IMG/VR virus record: IMGVR_UViG_3300001589_000008
Coordinates: 1-63,624 of that record
Length of the DNA stretch: 63,624 nucleotides
Strand: one strand, 5' to 3'
Source: a virus
Lineage: Duplodnaviria; Caudoviricetes
The notes beneath the pieces are model-generated. The model was given only the letters and a program-made list of their open reading frames with translations, was not told the origin of the DNA and searched no databases. A program made the position numbers and the translations under genes. Every line of letters begins with the position of its first letter. The stretch's first letter is position 1. Below, one piece after another: positions 7,989 through 16,057 of this stretch.

Positions 7989-10534
7989 ACATCCATTAGT
8001 GGTGCTGGTGGTACCGGAGCTGGAGGTGGTCCTCCAGGAGGTATTGTTGAAGCAGTTACTTTAGTTGCTCCTGGCACCTTTGGCGCTCCTACTGGTGGTT
8101 TCTTAGTTCCTAATAGCATTGCTTTTACTTCTGCCGCAACACCAGCTTTTTTAATTTCATCTGCAAGGCTTGTTAACATCTTTTCACTAGCCTTTATGTT
8201 GTCCATACCGCCACTGTAATTTGCTTTTGATTTTTCATCAGGTGATACTTTTCCATCTTTATTGACGTCTGCATCATCAAATCCGTCACCATCTGCATCC
8301 TTTGGAGCATCTCCTGCTTGTGCATCATCTTTTGGTATTGGATCGCCTGTGTTATCGTCCTTGCCGTCACCATCTGCATCTACCGGTTTGTCCGCTGTAG
8401 GCTCGGGTGCTTTTGTCTTTGGATCTAGTTCAACTTTATTAGATTGACCAATTGATACAATTTGTTCGTCAGCTAATCCATTATCACTAAGTATGTTCAT
8501 TACAGCTCCAGTATCAGTTGGACTACCAGCGCCTTTCCATGCTTTCATTAATTTTTCTTTTGTTACTTTATTAGCAAGTTGCTTACCTGCGTCTTTAACA
8601 CCTGCTACAGTTTTACCTATACCTTTTTGAGCCGCGGCTCCTACAGCATCAACACCTTTGTTTACAGTTTTAAGTAGACTACTTCCTGCACCCATTGCGG
8701 CTTTGCCAATTTTACTACCAATTGAGTTTGGATTGTCTAAAGGTAACTCACCTTGTTTAGGTGGTGCTTCTGCAATAAACTGCTCAAATAAATGTGTGTA
8801 TGCTTCTTCGTAGTCTATAGACTCAGTATTTTTAACACCTTGTCCGCCTTTAAGATCTAATTCTCCTTGTTCAGGTTTTCCTTTTATAACTTCCGCAGTT
8901 GCCAGGGCACTACCTATAGCTACTGCCGCTGTAGCTTGAGCAATTTTCTGTAATGTAGTATCAAGATCTGTTGTCATGCTTCCTGATGTATTAGGATTTA
9001 GAACATCTCCCCATATTGTATCTTTAAGCTCACCATCAGGTAAATTTTCTAAAATTTGCTCTAATTCTTTTGTCATAGAATTTGGCATCATTACTGCTTT
9101 TTCAAGTTTATATACAATATTACCATCAGCATCTACACCTTCAATGCTTACTTGAGCAGTTCCACCATATACCGTTCCGTCATCTAAAGTTTTAGTTACG
9201 TTTGATTTAAACACCTCTCCAACTTTTACATTCTCAGGAACACCATCTGCTTGTAAATCATCTCCAACTTGTATTGAATTTTCTGCTGACATATTAACGC
9301 CTAAATATTCATCTTGGGCAATAGCTCTATCTAAACCTTGCAACCTTTGTATTTCATCAATATTCTCTTGTGTTAAGCCTGCATCAAGTAATTTTTCTGT
9401 ATTAGCTGTTACCCATTCATTGTCAGGATAGTCTGCAGAATTTATTCCATTAGCATTTAATTGCTCTGCGTCTATCTTTGCAACAACTTCTGTTTCAAGC
9501 TCGCCAGTACCTACACCGTCGGCATCCTTAACTTCAGAGCCATATTTTCTTATCTCTGTATCGGTACCTTTGATATCAAATTCTGATTGAACTTGGTCAA
9601 TAGCTCCTTTTAAATTTTCAGCATCTGGTGCAAGCTCAAGTATCTTAGCATCTAGTTTTGCTAATTGATCAGTAGCTAACTTACTAGCGTCAGCATCAAG
9701 GTCGCTTTTTATAATTTCTGCTAAAGCACCTCTTGTTTGTACAAGGTCTTTAGCTGATTCTGCATCAAGGTCAGTAATACTTGTTGCGTCCATTGCACTA
9801 AGTCCATCAACATCAATTTCACCTGAAGCACTATTAATAAGTGTTTGTGTAACATCACCTGGTAATAAGTCTTTAATAGCACCGCCTAGTGCGCCTGCAA
9901 CAGCACCAATTGCCGCTCCCTTAACGCCTTTACCAACTGCTGTAGAAAGTTTATCACCTTTCATAGTATTGTTAGCCATCTTAATAAAGAAACCAATTGC
10001 CGCACCACTAAGTATTCCGCCACTTGCAAATGCAAGCAATGATGTCATTGCACCAATAATAAATGCACTCTTAGCAGGACTTTCTTTTGCAAAGTCTCCC
10101 CAAGATTCAATTCCCTTAAGAACTTTTTGACCTACTGGATTACCTTGTAGTTGTTTCTTTAATTGTAATTTAAGTTTTTCAAACTGTGCATCAAAGTTTT
10201 TAATTGGTCCGCTGTTTTGTGCTTGTGTTGCTAACTTGTTAAGTGTATCAGTTATCTTTGCAGTTTGTTTAGCAATACTGCCGCCTGCTTTACCTAATAC
10301 AGTTTTATTATTACCGCCGGCAGCCGCACTTGCTTCTGCAGATGTAAAGATAGCATCAATTTGCTTAGGAGTAAGTTCAGCTTCTAAAAGTTTACTATAA
10401 CTTTCCATTAATGGCCAAAGAGTTTTCTCCCAAGTACCAATATGTATACGCTGTGCTTCAGTAAGCACATTCCAACTTTCATTTAGAATAGTTTGTGATT
10501 TTAAATTATAATTTGTAATTTCTGTAACTTGCAT
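7985..10534 (-). CDS. Large hypothetical virion protein, probable internal/ejected head protein
   Basis: 849 aa with hydrophobic Gly/Ala segments, an acidic core, DxDGDG repeats and a Pro-rich C-terminus; in an operon behind a late promoter. Confidence 0.55.
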   Translation of the reverse strand: MQVTEITNYNLKSQTILNESWNVLTEAQRIHIGTWEKTLWPLMESYSKLLEAELTPKQIDAIFTSAEASAAAGGNNKTVLGKAGGSIAKQTAKITDTLNKLATQAQNSGPIKNFDAQFEKLKLQLKKQLQGNPVGQKVLKGIESWGDFAKESPAKSAFIIGAMTSLLAFASGGILSGAAIGFFIKMANNTMKGDKLSTAVGKGVKGAAIGAVAGALGGAIKDLLPGDVTQTLINSASGEIDVDGLSAMDATSITDLDAESAKDLVQTRGALAEIIKSDLDADASKLATDQLAKLDAKILELAPDAENLKGAIDQVQSEFDIKGTDTEIRKYGSEVKDADGVGTGELETEVVAKIDAEQLNANGINSADYPDNEWVTANTEKLLDAGLTQENIDEIQRLQGLDRAIAQDEYLGVNMSAENSIQVGDDLQADGVPENVKVGEVFKSNVTKTLDDGTVYGGTAQVSIEGVDADGNIVYKLEKAVMMPNSMTKELEQILENLPDGELKDTIWGDVLNPNTSGSMTTDLDTTLQKIAQATAAVAIGSALATAEVIKGKPEQGELDLKGGQGVKNTESIDYEEAYTHLFEQFIAEAPPKQGELPLDNPNSIGSKIGKAAMGAGSSLLKTVNKGVDAVGAAAQKGIGKTVAGVKDAGKQLANKVTKEKLMKAWKGAGSPTDTGAVMNILSDNGLADEQIVSIGQSNKVELDPKTKAPEPTADKPVDADGDGKDDNTGDPIPKDDAQAGDAPKDADGDGFDDADVNKDGKVSPDEKSKANYSGGMDNIKASEKMLTSLADEIKKAGVAAEVKAMLLGTKKPPVGAPKVPGATKVTASTIPPGGPPPAPVPPAPLMDV
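8244..8380 (-). repeat. DxDGDG / EF-hand-like Ca-binding repeats
   Basis: DADGDGKDD...DADGDGFDDADVNKDGKVS. Confidence 0.6.
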
Positions 10535-11151
10535 TATAACATTCCCGCTAGTGATTTCTTTTGAGCATCATTCAATTTATCAATTTTAGCCTGCAATTCA
10601 GCAGTTATTTTGCCTGGTTTTCCACCTGCATTGGCTTTTGTACCAGGTGCATTAGTTGTAGTACCACTTTTTGATCCACCACCTACACCTGAATTACCAG
10701 TTTTAGCTTGCATCTTATCTAATATACCGCCACCACCTGCAGGAGCTCCGCCACCACCTGGTGGAACTGGTTTGCCATCTTTGCCTTTAGGTGCTGCCGC
10801 CGCGTTACCGCCTGTAAGTTTATTACGTGCGGCCTGTTTCAATACATCCATAATTGTTTTCTTAGGAAGTATACCATCAGGTAACGCCATACCGCCAGCT
10901 GATAGATTATTCTGTTTCATAAACTGTGCAAAGTCTTGAGCAGTCATGTTTTTATCATTTTTGCCGTTAATGCCTTGCCATTTCTTAAGAGTCTTATATA
11001 ATGTATTAGCTTCTTTGCCCATTTCAGCACTACCAGCCATACGTTCAGCACCAGGTAGCTTTCCAACTAAGCCTTTAACAGCATTACCAATACCACTTGT
11101 AGGTGCTTCAGCAATTTTTTTATCTTCATTTACTATATCATAAACATTCAT
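10534..11151 (-). CDS. Basic Gly/Lys-rich hypothetical protein, probable internal head protein
   Basis: 205 aa; preceded by a late promoter (11178-11183) and SD AAGGA; N-terminus ends in ...KIAE. Confidence 0.6.
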   Translation of the reverse strand: MNVYDIVNEDKKIAEAPTSGIGNAVKGLVGKLPGAERMAGSAEMGKEANTLYKTLKKWQGINGKNDKNMTAQDFAQFMKQNNLSAGGMALPDGILPKKTIMDVLKQAARNKLTGGNAAAAPKGKDGKPVPPGGGGAPAGGGGILDKMQAKTGNSGVGGGSKSGTTTNAPGTKANAGGKPGKITAELQAKIDKLNDAQKKSLAGML

Positions 11152-11177
11152 GAGTAATCCTTAAACATTATTAATTG

Positions 11178-11183
11178 TATTTA
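11178..11183 (-). promoter_or_regulatory. Late promoter core TAAATA
   Basis: TATTTA on + strand, 26 nt upstream of the ATG at 11151. Confidence 0.6.
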
Positions 11184-11184
11184 G

Positions 11185-11205
11185 TGTATTAACTTCGTTA
11201 ATACA
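11185..11205. other. Perfect 9-bp hairpin TGTATTAAC-TTC-GTTAATACA
   Basis: Inverted repeat seen directly in the sequence, abutting the late promoter. Confidence 0.7.
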
Positions 11206-11265
11206 AGTTTTCGTTAACACTCAAACTACTTACACTTCGTTTTGATTAAAACAGTTAATATATGA

Positions 11266-11645
11266 GAAGTAATTAAAGCATTATTACGTAGTAATAATGT
11301 AAATTGCTTCATGTAGATTGTTTCAGTCAGACGGAACCTGTTTACGGTCCCATCTAATCTTGACTTCATGTGAGTTCGTCACAGCCGAGACTTGGAAGTA
11401 GGTAATTGTTTATACACTTAGTTCAATGGGCTCTGACCTTACCCAACCTACGTCGACATCGCTTACGCTACCTCTCGCTTCGTTCCTTTTGCTAAAGAGT
11501 TTTTATGAACTGTGTTGTGTTTTTTGACTGGCAACATCCAATCTACGTCAATCCTGCGCCTTACTACCAGACGTGACTCAACGTGTTACGTGTGTTCCTA
11601 TACGGATACGTTTTACACAGCGGTATATTAACCGGCCCGCTAACC
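11266..11645 (-). ncRNA. Putative large structured non-coding RNA downstream of the GIY-YIG nuclease
   Basis: ORF-free and more GC-rich than its flanks. Nested pairings: 11313-20/11539-46, 11324-29/11525-30, 11380-85/11509-14, 11386-90/11473-77, 11398-403/11446-51. A 10-bp hairpin 11329-11355 pairs fully only on the minus strand (G-U wobbles). Boundaries are approximate. Confidence 0.65.
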
Positions 11646-12077
11646 TTAAGTGTTGCTTAATTTGCCTAAATGTTCTTTTAGTATTTGAGATCCGCCAACT
11701 CTAACATTGATAATACCATTATAGTATTCGTCAGTTTCGAGTACTCTGCGTTCAAACTGCTCACGTGCCTCTAAGTAACTTGCAATGCCTCTACTTGGAC
11801 AAATATGTATAATATCTCTAGTAAAGTTTTCTTCGCCTAAATTTTTAACGTCTTCGTTAAGTCTATCACTAGATCCCCAATAGTCTTTCCAGTCACTTTC
11901 TTTAGTTCCACGTCTTTTATTTTTTTTGCCTTTTAATGGTGGCTTAGTTGTCTTAAATTTTGCTAGTTTCTTGCCTACGTACTTCATGCCATTAGTCTTA
12001 TTTGTTATCAAGTAAACAAATGCTTCACATCCTTCTGGTAGTGCTTCAATTTTCTTTCCTTGATAAGTCCAATGCAT
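11646..12077 (-). CDS. GIY-YIG endonuclease (T4 endonuclease II/denA-like, single domain)
   Basis: AFVYLITNKTNGMKYVGKK...SDWKDYWGSS...YLEAREQF...YYNGII. Confidence 0.85.
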   Translation of the reverse strand: MHWTYQGKKIEALPEGCEAFVYLITNKTNGMKYVGKKLAKFKTTKPPLKGKKNKRRGTKESDWKDYWGSSDRLNEDVKNLGEENFTRDIIHICPSRGIASYLEAREQFERRVLETDEYYNGIINVRVGGSQILKEHLGKLSNT

Positions 12078-12090
12078 ACGGTACTTATTT

Positions 12091-12294
12091 TTAATCGCCT
12101 TTATTTGCCTCTTTTTTGGCTTTATGCTTCAAATGTATTTCGTCGCTTCTAAGTTTAGCATACTTTCTTATCTCACGCAACCATTTTCTGCTTTCTGCAT
12201 GTGTTCTATGAGAGTTTCTTGCTTCAAAGTTTTCATTTGCTTTGAAATATGACAAATATGATTGGACTAATGCGTCATGCGGATCCTCATTCAT
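12091..12294 (-). CDS. Hypothetical protein
   Basis: 67 aa, ATGA-coupled to gp46. Confidence 0.7.
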   Translation of the reverse strand: MNEDPHDALVQSYLSYFKANENFEARNSHRTHAESRKWLREIRKYAKLRSDEIHLKHKAKKEANKGD

Positions 12295-14063
12295 TCCAAA
12301 ATCTCAATGTCGTTTTCGTAGCTAGTAAATCCGTTCTCTTTAATAACTTTCATTACATTATTAACTCTTCCAATAAGTTCGTCTTTGTGCGATATGAGAT
12401 AAACGTTCTTATCTCCTTCTCTTCCCATCTTTTTTAGAACAGCTAACGAATTTTCTACCCCAGCTGTGTCCATTCCACTATCAATGAGCTCGTCAATAAA
12501 CAATAAATTTATCTTTTGATATAAACTTTCCCAAACATCACGGAAAGAAAAGCTCATACCAAGTATAAGTCTATTACGTTCGCCTCTACTTAAATTATCA
12601 AAGTCTAAATCTTGTCCTAACTGAGTAATCTCAACGTTTAAGTCATTCTGAAACACTACTTGGTGTGGCAATCCTAACTTATCAAGATAATATGTAAGCC
12701 TGTTGTTGAGATACATTAGGTTTTGGTCAATAATTTTCTTTCGAATAAAGCTATCCTTATTTGTAAGTAGCTTTAATAGAAAATCTTGGTGATCCTTAAA
12801 TTCAGTTAGGCTATTTACAACACTCCAATTAACTTCTTGCATAGCACTATTATTTAATTCATCAATTTGTGTTTGATAGGGATCAGTATCCTGCTCTTTA
12901 TTAGTTAGTGCTTGTTTTAAACTATCAACATTCTGTCTATGCTCGTATGCTTCTTTAGCATTATCATAAAACGTGGTAGGTTTGCCATTAATATCACCTA
13001 TATTATCCAATGCTGACATAACTTCGGTTACTTTACTTGAAATCTCTAACTGATATGTAACTGCATCGTCCATTTCTTTGTTTTTACGTTCTACAATTTC
13101 TGTTTTTTTGTCTCCTTGTAGCTCTTGTCCACAAGTATAACACTTAGCATCCTGTAAATCTGCGATATCTTTAGATGCCTTCTCAATACTTTTGTCAGCA
13201 CGTATTAGTGCAGGCTCTAATGTGCTTAATTCTTTTTTAAGAGCCAAAATAGCTTTATTATGTTCAGTCCAATTAGAGAGTTGTTCATGTGAATCAAGTT
13301 CGACGTCGATATCTAAGTGTTCTAACTCATCAATACTTAATTGTAACTTTTTTACGTCTTGACCTTTCTTAGATAGCCATGCACGTTGCGTTTTTTGTAA
13401 ACTTCCAACAGTTGCACTAATTTTTTCGTTTGCAGACTGTATAGCATTAATTTTTAATGTCTCTTCTTGAATTGCATCTTTTGTTTGACGTGTTTGCTCT
13501 TTAAGTGCATCTGCTTTTTCACTTAGAATAGTGATACCTAATAACTGTTCAATAATAGCACGTTGGTCATTTTGCCGCATACTTAAAAACGGCTCAGTGT
13601 AGGTGTTTAGTGCAAGAATATGCTTAAACATATCGTGACTCATATCAAGTAAGTCGTTAATATATTCTTGTGTCTTACGTGAATCGCCTTGGGACTCGTC
13701 TGTCATTTCTTGTTCTTGGTTATCAACATAGAACTTTAATATATTAGGACTACGTCCCCGTTCAATACGGTAGTCTACATTGTTTTTTCCAAAGTGTAAT
13801 GTTACTAACATGCCTTTGCTGTTAGTTTTATTGATTAAGTTATTACGTTTGATATTTGTAAGTGCAGTTCCGTATAATGCATAACTTAATGCGTTAATAA
13901 TAGTAGTTTTACCAGTACCGTTACGTGAACCAGTATCATCGCCACCTTGATCTAAGTTTTCTCCTAACACAAGTGTTAAGTTCTCTTTATCAAAGTCGAC
14001 TGCTTGGGTCTGATTGCCCACACTCATAAAGTTCTTTACAGTTAAATCTTTAATTTGTATCAT
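12291..14063 (-). CDS. gp46: Recombination exonuclease ATPase subunit (gp46/SbcC/Rad50-like)
   Basis: KNFMSVGN, Walker A NGTGKTT, zinc hook CYTCG, signature LSRGE, Walker B LFIDE, ISH. Confidence 0.96.
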   Translation of the reverse strand: MIQIKDLTVKNFMSVGNQTQAVDFDKENLTLVLGENLDQGGDDTGSRNGTGKTTIINALSYALYGTALTNIKRNNLINKTNSKGMLVTLHFGKNNVDYRIERGRSPNILKFYVDNQEQEMTDESQGDSRKTQEYINDLLDMSHDMFKHILALNTYTEPFLSMRQNDQRAIIEQLLGITILSEKADALKEQTRQTKDAIQEETLKINAIQSANEKISATVGSLQKTQRAWLSKKGQDVKKLQLSIDELEHLDIDVELDSHEQLSNWTEHNKAILALKKELSTLEPALIRADKSIEKASKDIADLQDAKCYTCGQELQGDKKTEIVERKNKEMDDAVTYQLEISSKVTEVMSALDNIGDINGKPTTFYDNAKEAYEHRQNVDSLKQALTNKEQDTDPYQTQIDELNNSAMQEVNWSVVNSLTEFKDHQDFLLKLLTNKDSFIRKKIIDQNLMYLNNRLTYYLDKLGLPHQVVFQNDLNVEITQLGQDLDFDNLSRGERNRLILGMSFSFRDVWESLYQKINLLFIDELIDSGMDTAGVENSLAVLKKMGREGDKNVYLISHKDELIGRVNNVMKVIKENGFTSYENDIEILE

Positions 14064-15070
14064 AGTTCGTTATAAATGTCCATTAGCATCTTCTTATTGA
14101 AGTTGTCTGAGTCAATTGCCGCAATCTCGCCAGCAACAATTTGATCGACACTTTCAAATTGTTGTATATCCAGTTCAGTATTAATCTCTTCTAGGTGTTT
14201 TTGTGGGATTAAACTAATTTCTCTACATTTATATTGATTAATAAATGTTTCTTTTACAAAACTAGCTTCTTCAAAGCTAATTGGTAAGTCTAAGTTAACT
14301 CTTAGATACATATTAGCTTTAATAAGAGTAGCTTGTTCGTCAATTAACTGACTTAGTTTGATAGTCCGATACTTTGGGCATTCTTCCCAATCAATATACA
14401 TCGGCTCAACATTATTTTCTCTATCAAGCACCATCATTCCTCGAGCATCATCCCATGCGTCAGCATAATTGTGTGGAAATGCATTACCAATGTAATGTAC
14501 CTTACCTTGTTTTTGACGTTTATGAAAGTGTCCACTAAAAACATACTCTTGGTGTTCAAAATGTTCAGCTTTAAGTTCACCGTGGTCTGGCATCTGTACC
14601 ATAGCATTCATATAAAAGCTAGGAAGCTCAAAATGACCAAACAAATACTTAGACTTAATTGATTTAATCTTCTTCCACTCGTCTCCTACTAGCCAAGGAA
14701 CAAGTGCAACATCATCTTGTACGAATATTTCATCTATTACAGTAATTCCAGGAATATGTCTAGCAAACTCAGTTGATTTTACATCACGCTTGTCTTTGTA
14801 GTATAGGTCGTGATTACCTGCAAACATATAAAAGCTATCAAATGCTTTTCCTAGTTTCTCCAAGCAACGAATACCTGCATCCATTGTAGTAAGATTTAGA
14901 CTATTTCTATTATGATTCCAGTCGCCACAGAATATACCTGTTTCACAACCATTATTTTTTGCAGTTTCAATAAACCAATCAACAAAATCTTCGCAATCTT
15001 GATTGTGTATTTTGCTATTACCTTTTAACCCCAAATGGATATCAGTAAACACCGCCGCCTTTTTAAACAA
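14060..15070 (-). CDS. gp47: Recombination endonuclease subunit (gp47/SbcD/Mre11-like)
   Basis: Phosphoesterase motifs TDIHLG, GD, GNHD and SGHFH. Start is probably TTG at 15070 (SD GAGGA, downstream of the promoter) rather than 15097. Confidence 0.95.
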   Translation of the reverse strand: MFKKAAVFTDIHLGLKGNSKIHNQDCEDFVDWFIETAKNNGCETGIFCGDWNHNRNSLNLTTMDAGIRCLEKLGKAFDSFYMFAGNHDLYYKDKRDVKSTEFARHIPGITVIDEIFVQDDVALVPWLVGDEWKKIKSIKSKYLFGHFELPSFYMNAMVQMPDHGELKAEHFEHQEYVFSGHFHKRQKQGKVHYIGNAFPHNYADAWDDARGMMVLDRENNVEPMYIDWEECPKYRTIKLSQLIDEQATLIKANMYLRVNLDLPISFEEASFVKETFINQYKCREISLIPQKHLEEINTELDIQQFESVDQIVAGEIAAIDSDNFNKKMLMDIYNEL

Positions 15071-15102
15071 ATTTAGATCCTCTATGATATGCTTCAACTA
15101 AT

Positions 15103-15131
15103 ATTATACAACAAAAAGATAGTAAAGTCAA
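15103..15131 (-). promoter_or_regulatory. Sigma70-type promoter for gp47-gp46
   Basis: TTGACT-N17-TATAAT on the minus strand. Confidence 0.85.
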
Positions 15132-15135
15132 TGAC

Positions 15136-15972
15136 TTATTTGGCTTTTGAATTTATTTCAGCTTCTCTCTTTTGTTCAGCTTCCCACATACCTTGGTTCT
15201 GCCTTGTGAAACTAGGATTCATATCGTTCATTTCTAAAATATCGTCTCTAATATTTTGATTTCTTTTTTCGATGTTAATTACTCGCACAAAACTGTTAGT
15301 TACAGCCGCAGTATAGTATGCAAAGGGATTTTGTGACTTAGATTCATCAAATTGTAGTCCAATTTGTGCTAATTGTAGTATAGCTTGTCCCCGCATTTCA
15401 TCGTTATATGTATATCCACGTACATTACCACGTGTAGCGTAACGATCGCATAATTTCATCCACATTAGTGCAAGTTTATTAGTTGCTTTTCCTGCTGTTT
15501 TGTCAAAATACCCATTTTCCATACCACCTTGCCAGTGACTTTTTCCTATTAACATAAGTTCGCCTTTATCATCAAATTTATAATGTTGGAATGGGGGGAA
15601 ATTAAGTTTTGTTTTTGTGTCAGCTACTGTTTTAGGGTTCTTTTTTCGACCGGGTTCTTCAGGTATATGTTCGAATGTCATAATCCTAAATACTAATTCT
15701 TCTTTAGTCATACTTTTGTAAGGAACTTCACATTCTGCTTGTTTAACTTTCTCGCCGTTTAATTTTCTACGTTCAAATTCAGCCGAACTTAGCTTCTTTG
15801 CTTTGTTTCTTTTTGCTTCTGCAATAGTCCTAATATTTATTTTGTTAATATCTGTTAAGATGATGTCATAATCTGCATAACTTTCTTCTGTATAGCTACA
15901 AAATGTGCTCTTAGATTTATGTATTTCTTTTAAAATATCTTTGTTGTTTAAGTAATTTATTCTTCTAGCCAT
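15136..15972 (-). CDS. gp55: Late transcription sigma factor (T4 gp55-like)
   Basis: NYLNNKD, GYTYNDEM, FDESKSQNPFAYYT...NSF; sits upstream of gp47-gp46 as in T4. Confidence 0.9.
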   Translation of the reverse strand: MARRINYLNNKDILKEIHKSKSTFCSYTEESYADYDIILTDINKINIRTIAEAKRNKAKKLSSAEFERRKLNGEKVKQAECEVPYKSMTKEELVFRIMTFEHIPEEPGRKKNPKTVADTKTKLNFPPFQHYKFDDKGELMLIGKSHWQGGMENGYFDKTAGKATNKLALMWMKLCDRYATRGNVRGYTYNDEMRGQAILQLAQIGLQFDESKSQNPFAYYTAAVTNSFVRVINIEKRNQNIRDDILEMNDMNPSFTRQNQGMWEAEQKREAEINSKAK

Positions 15973-16001
15973 AATTGCTCCAGTTATAAGACGTTACATA
16001 T

Positions 16002-16030
16002 ATTATAATATACATACATTAAAAAGTCAA
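16002..16030 (-). promoter_or_regulatory. Sigma70-type promoter for gp55
   Basis: TTGACT-N17-TATAAT on the minus strand. Confidence 0.85.
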
Positions 16031-16031
16031 C

Positions 16032-16037
16032 TAAATA
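16032..16037 (+). promoter_or_regulatory. Late promoter core TAAATA for the baseplate operon
   Basis: Followed by SD AGGAG and the ATG at 16058. Confidence 0.65.
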
Positions 16038-16057
16038 ATACTATAGAAGGAGAAGTT

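Noticed and set aside
11266-11645. Group I intron, tRNA, tmRNA or RNase P as the identity of the non-coding region
   Set aside because: The flanking genes are intact and unrelated, so no split gene exists. I could not find P/Q/R/S core, cloverleaf/CCA or GAGGAAAGUCC motifs by eye; a covariance search is still needed.
11646-12077. Mobile homing endonuclease (seg-type) or transposon
   Set aside because: It is a single catalytic domain without C-terminal DNA-binding repeats, with no interrupted gene or terminal repeats; it looks more like endonuclease II.
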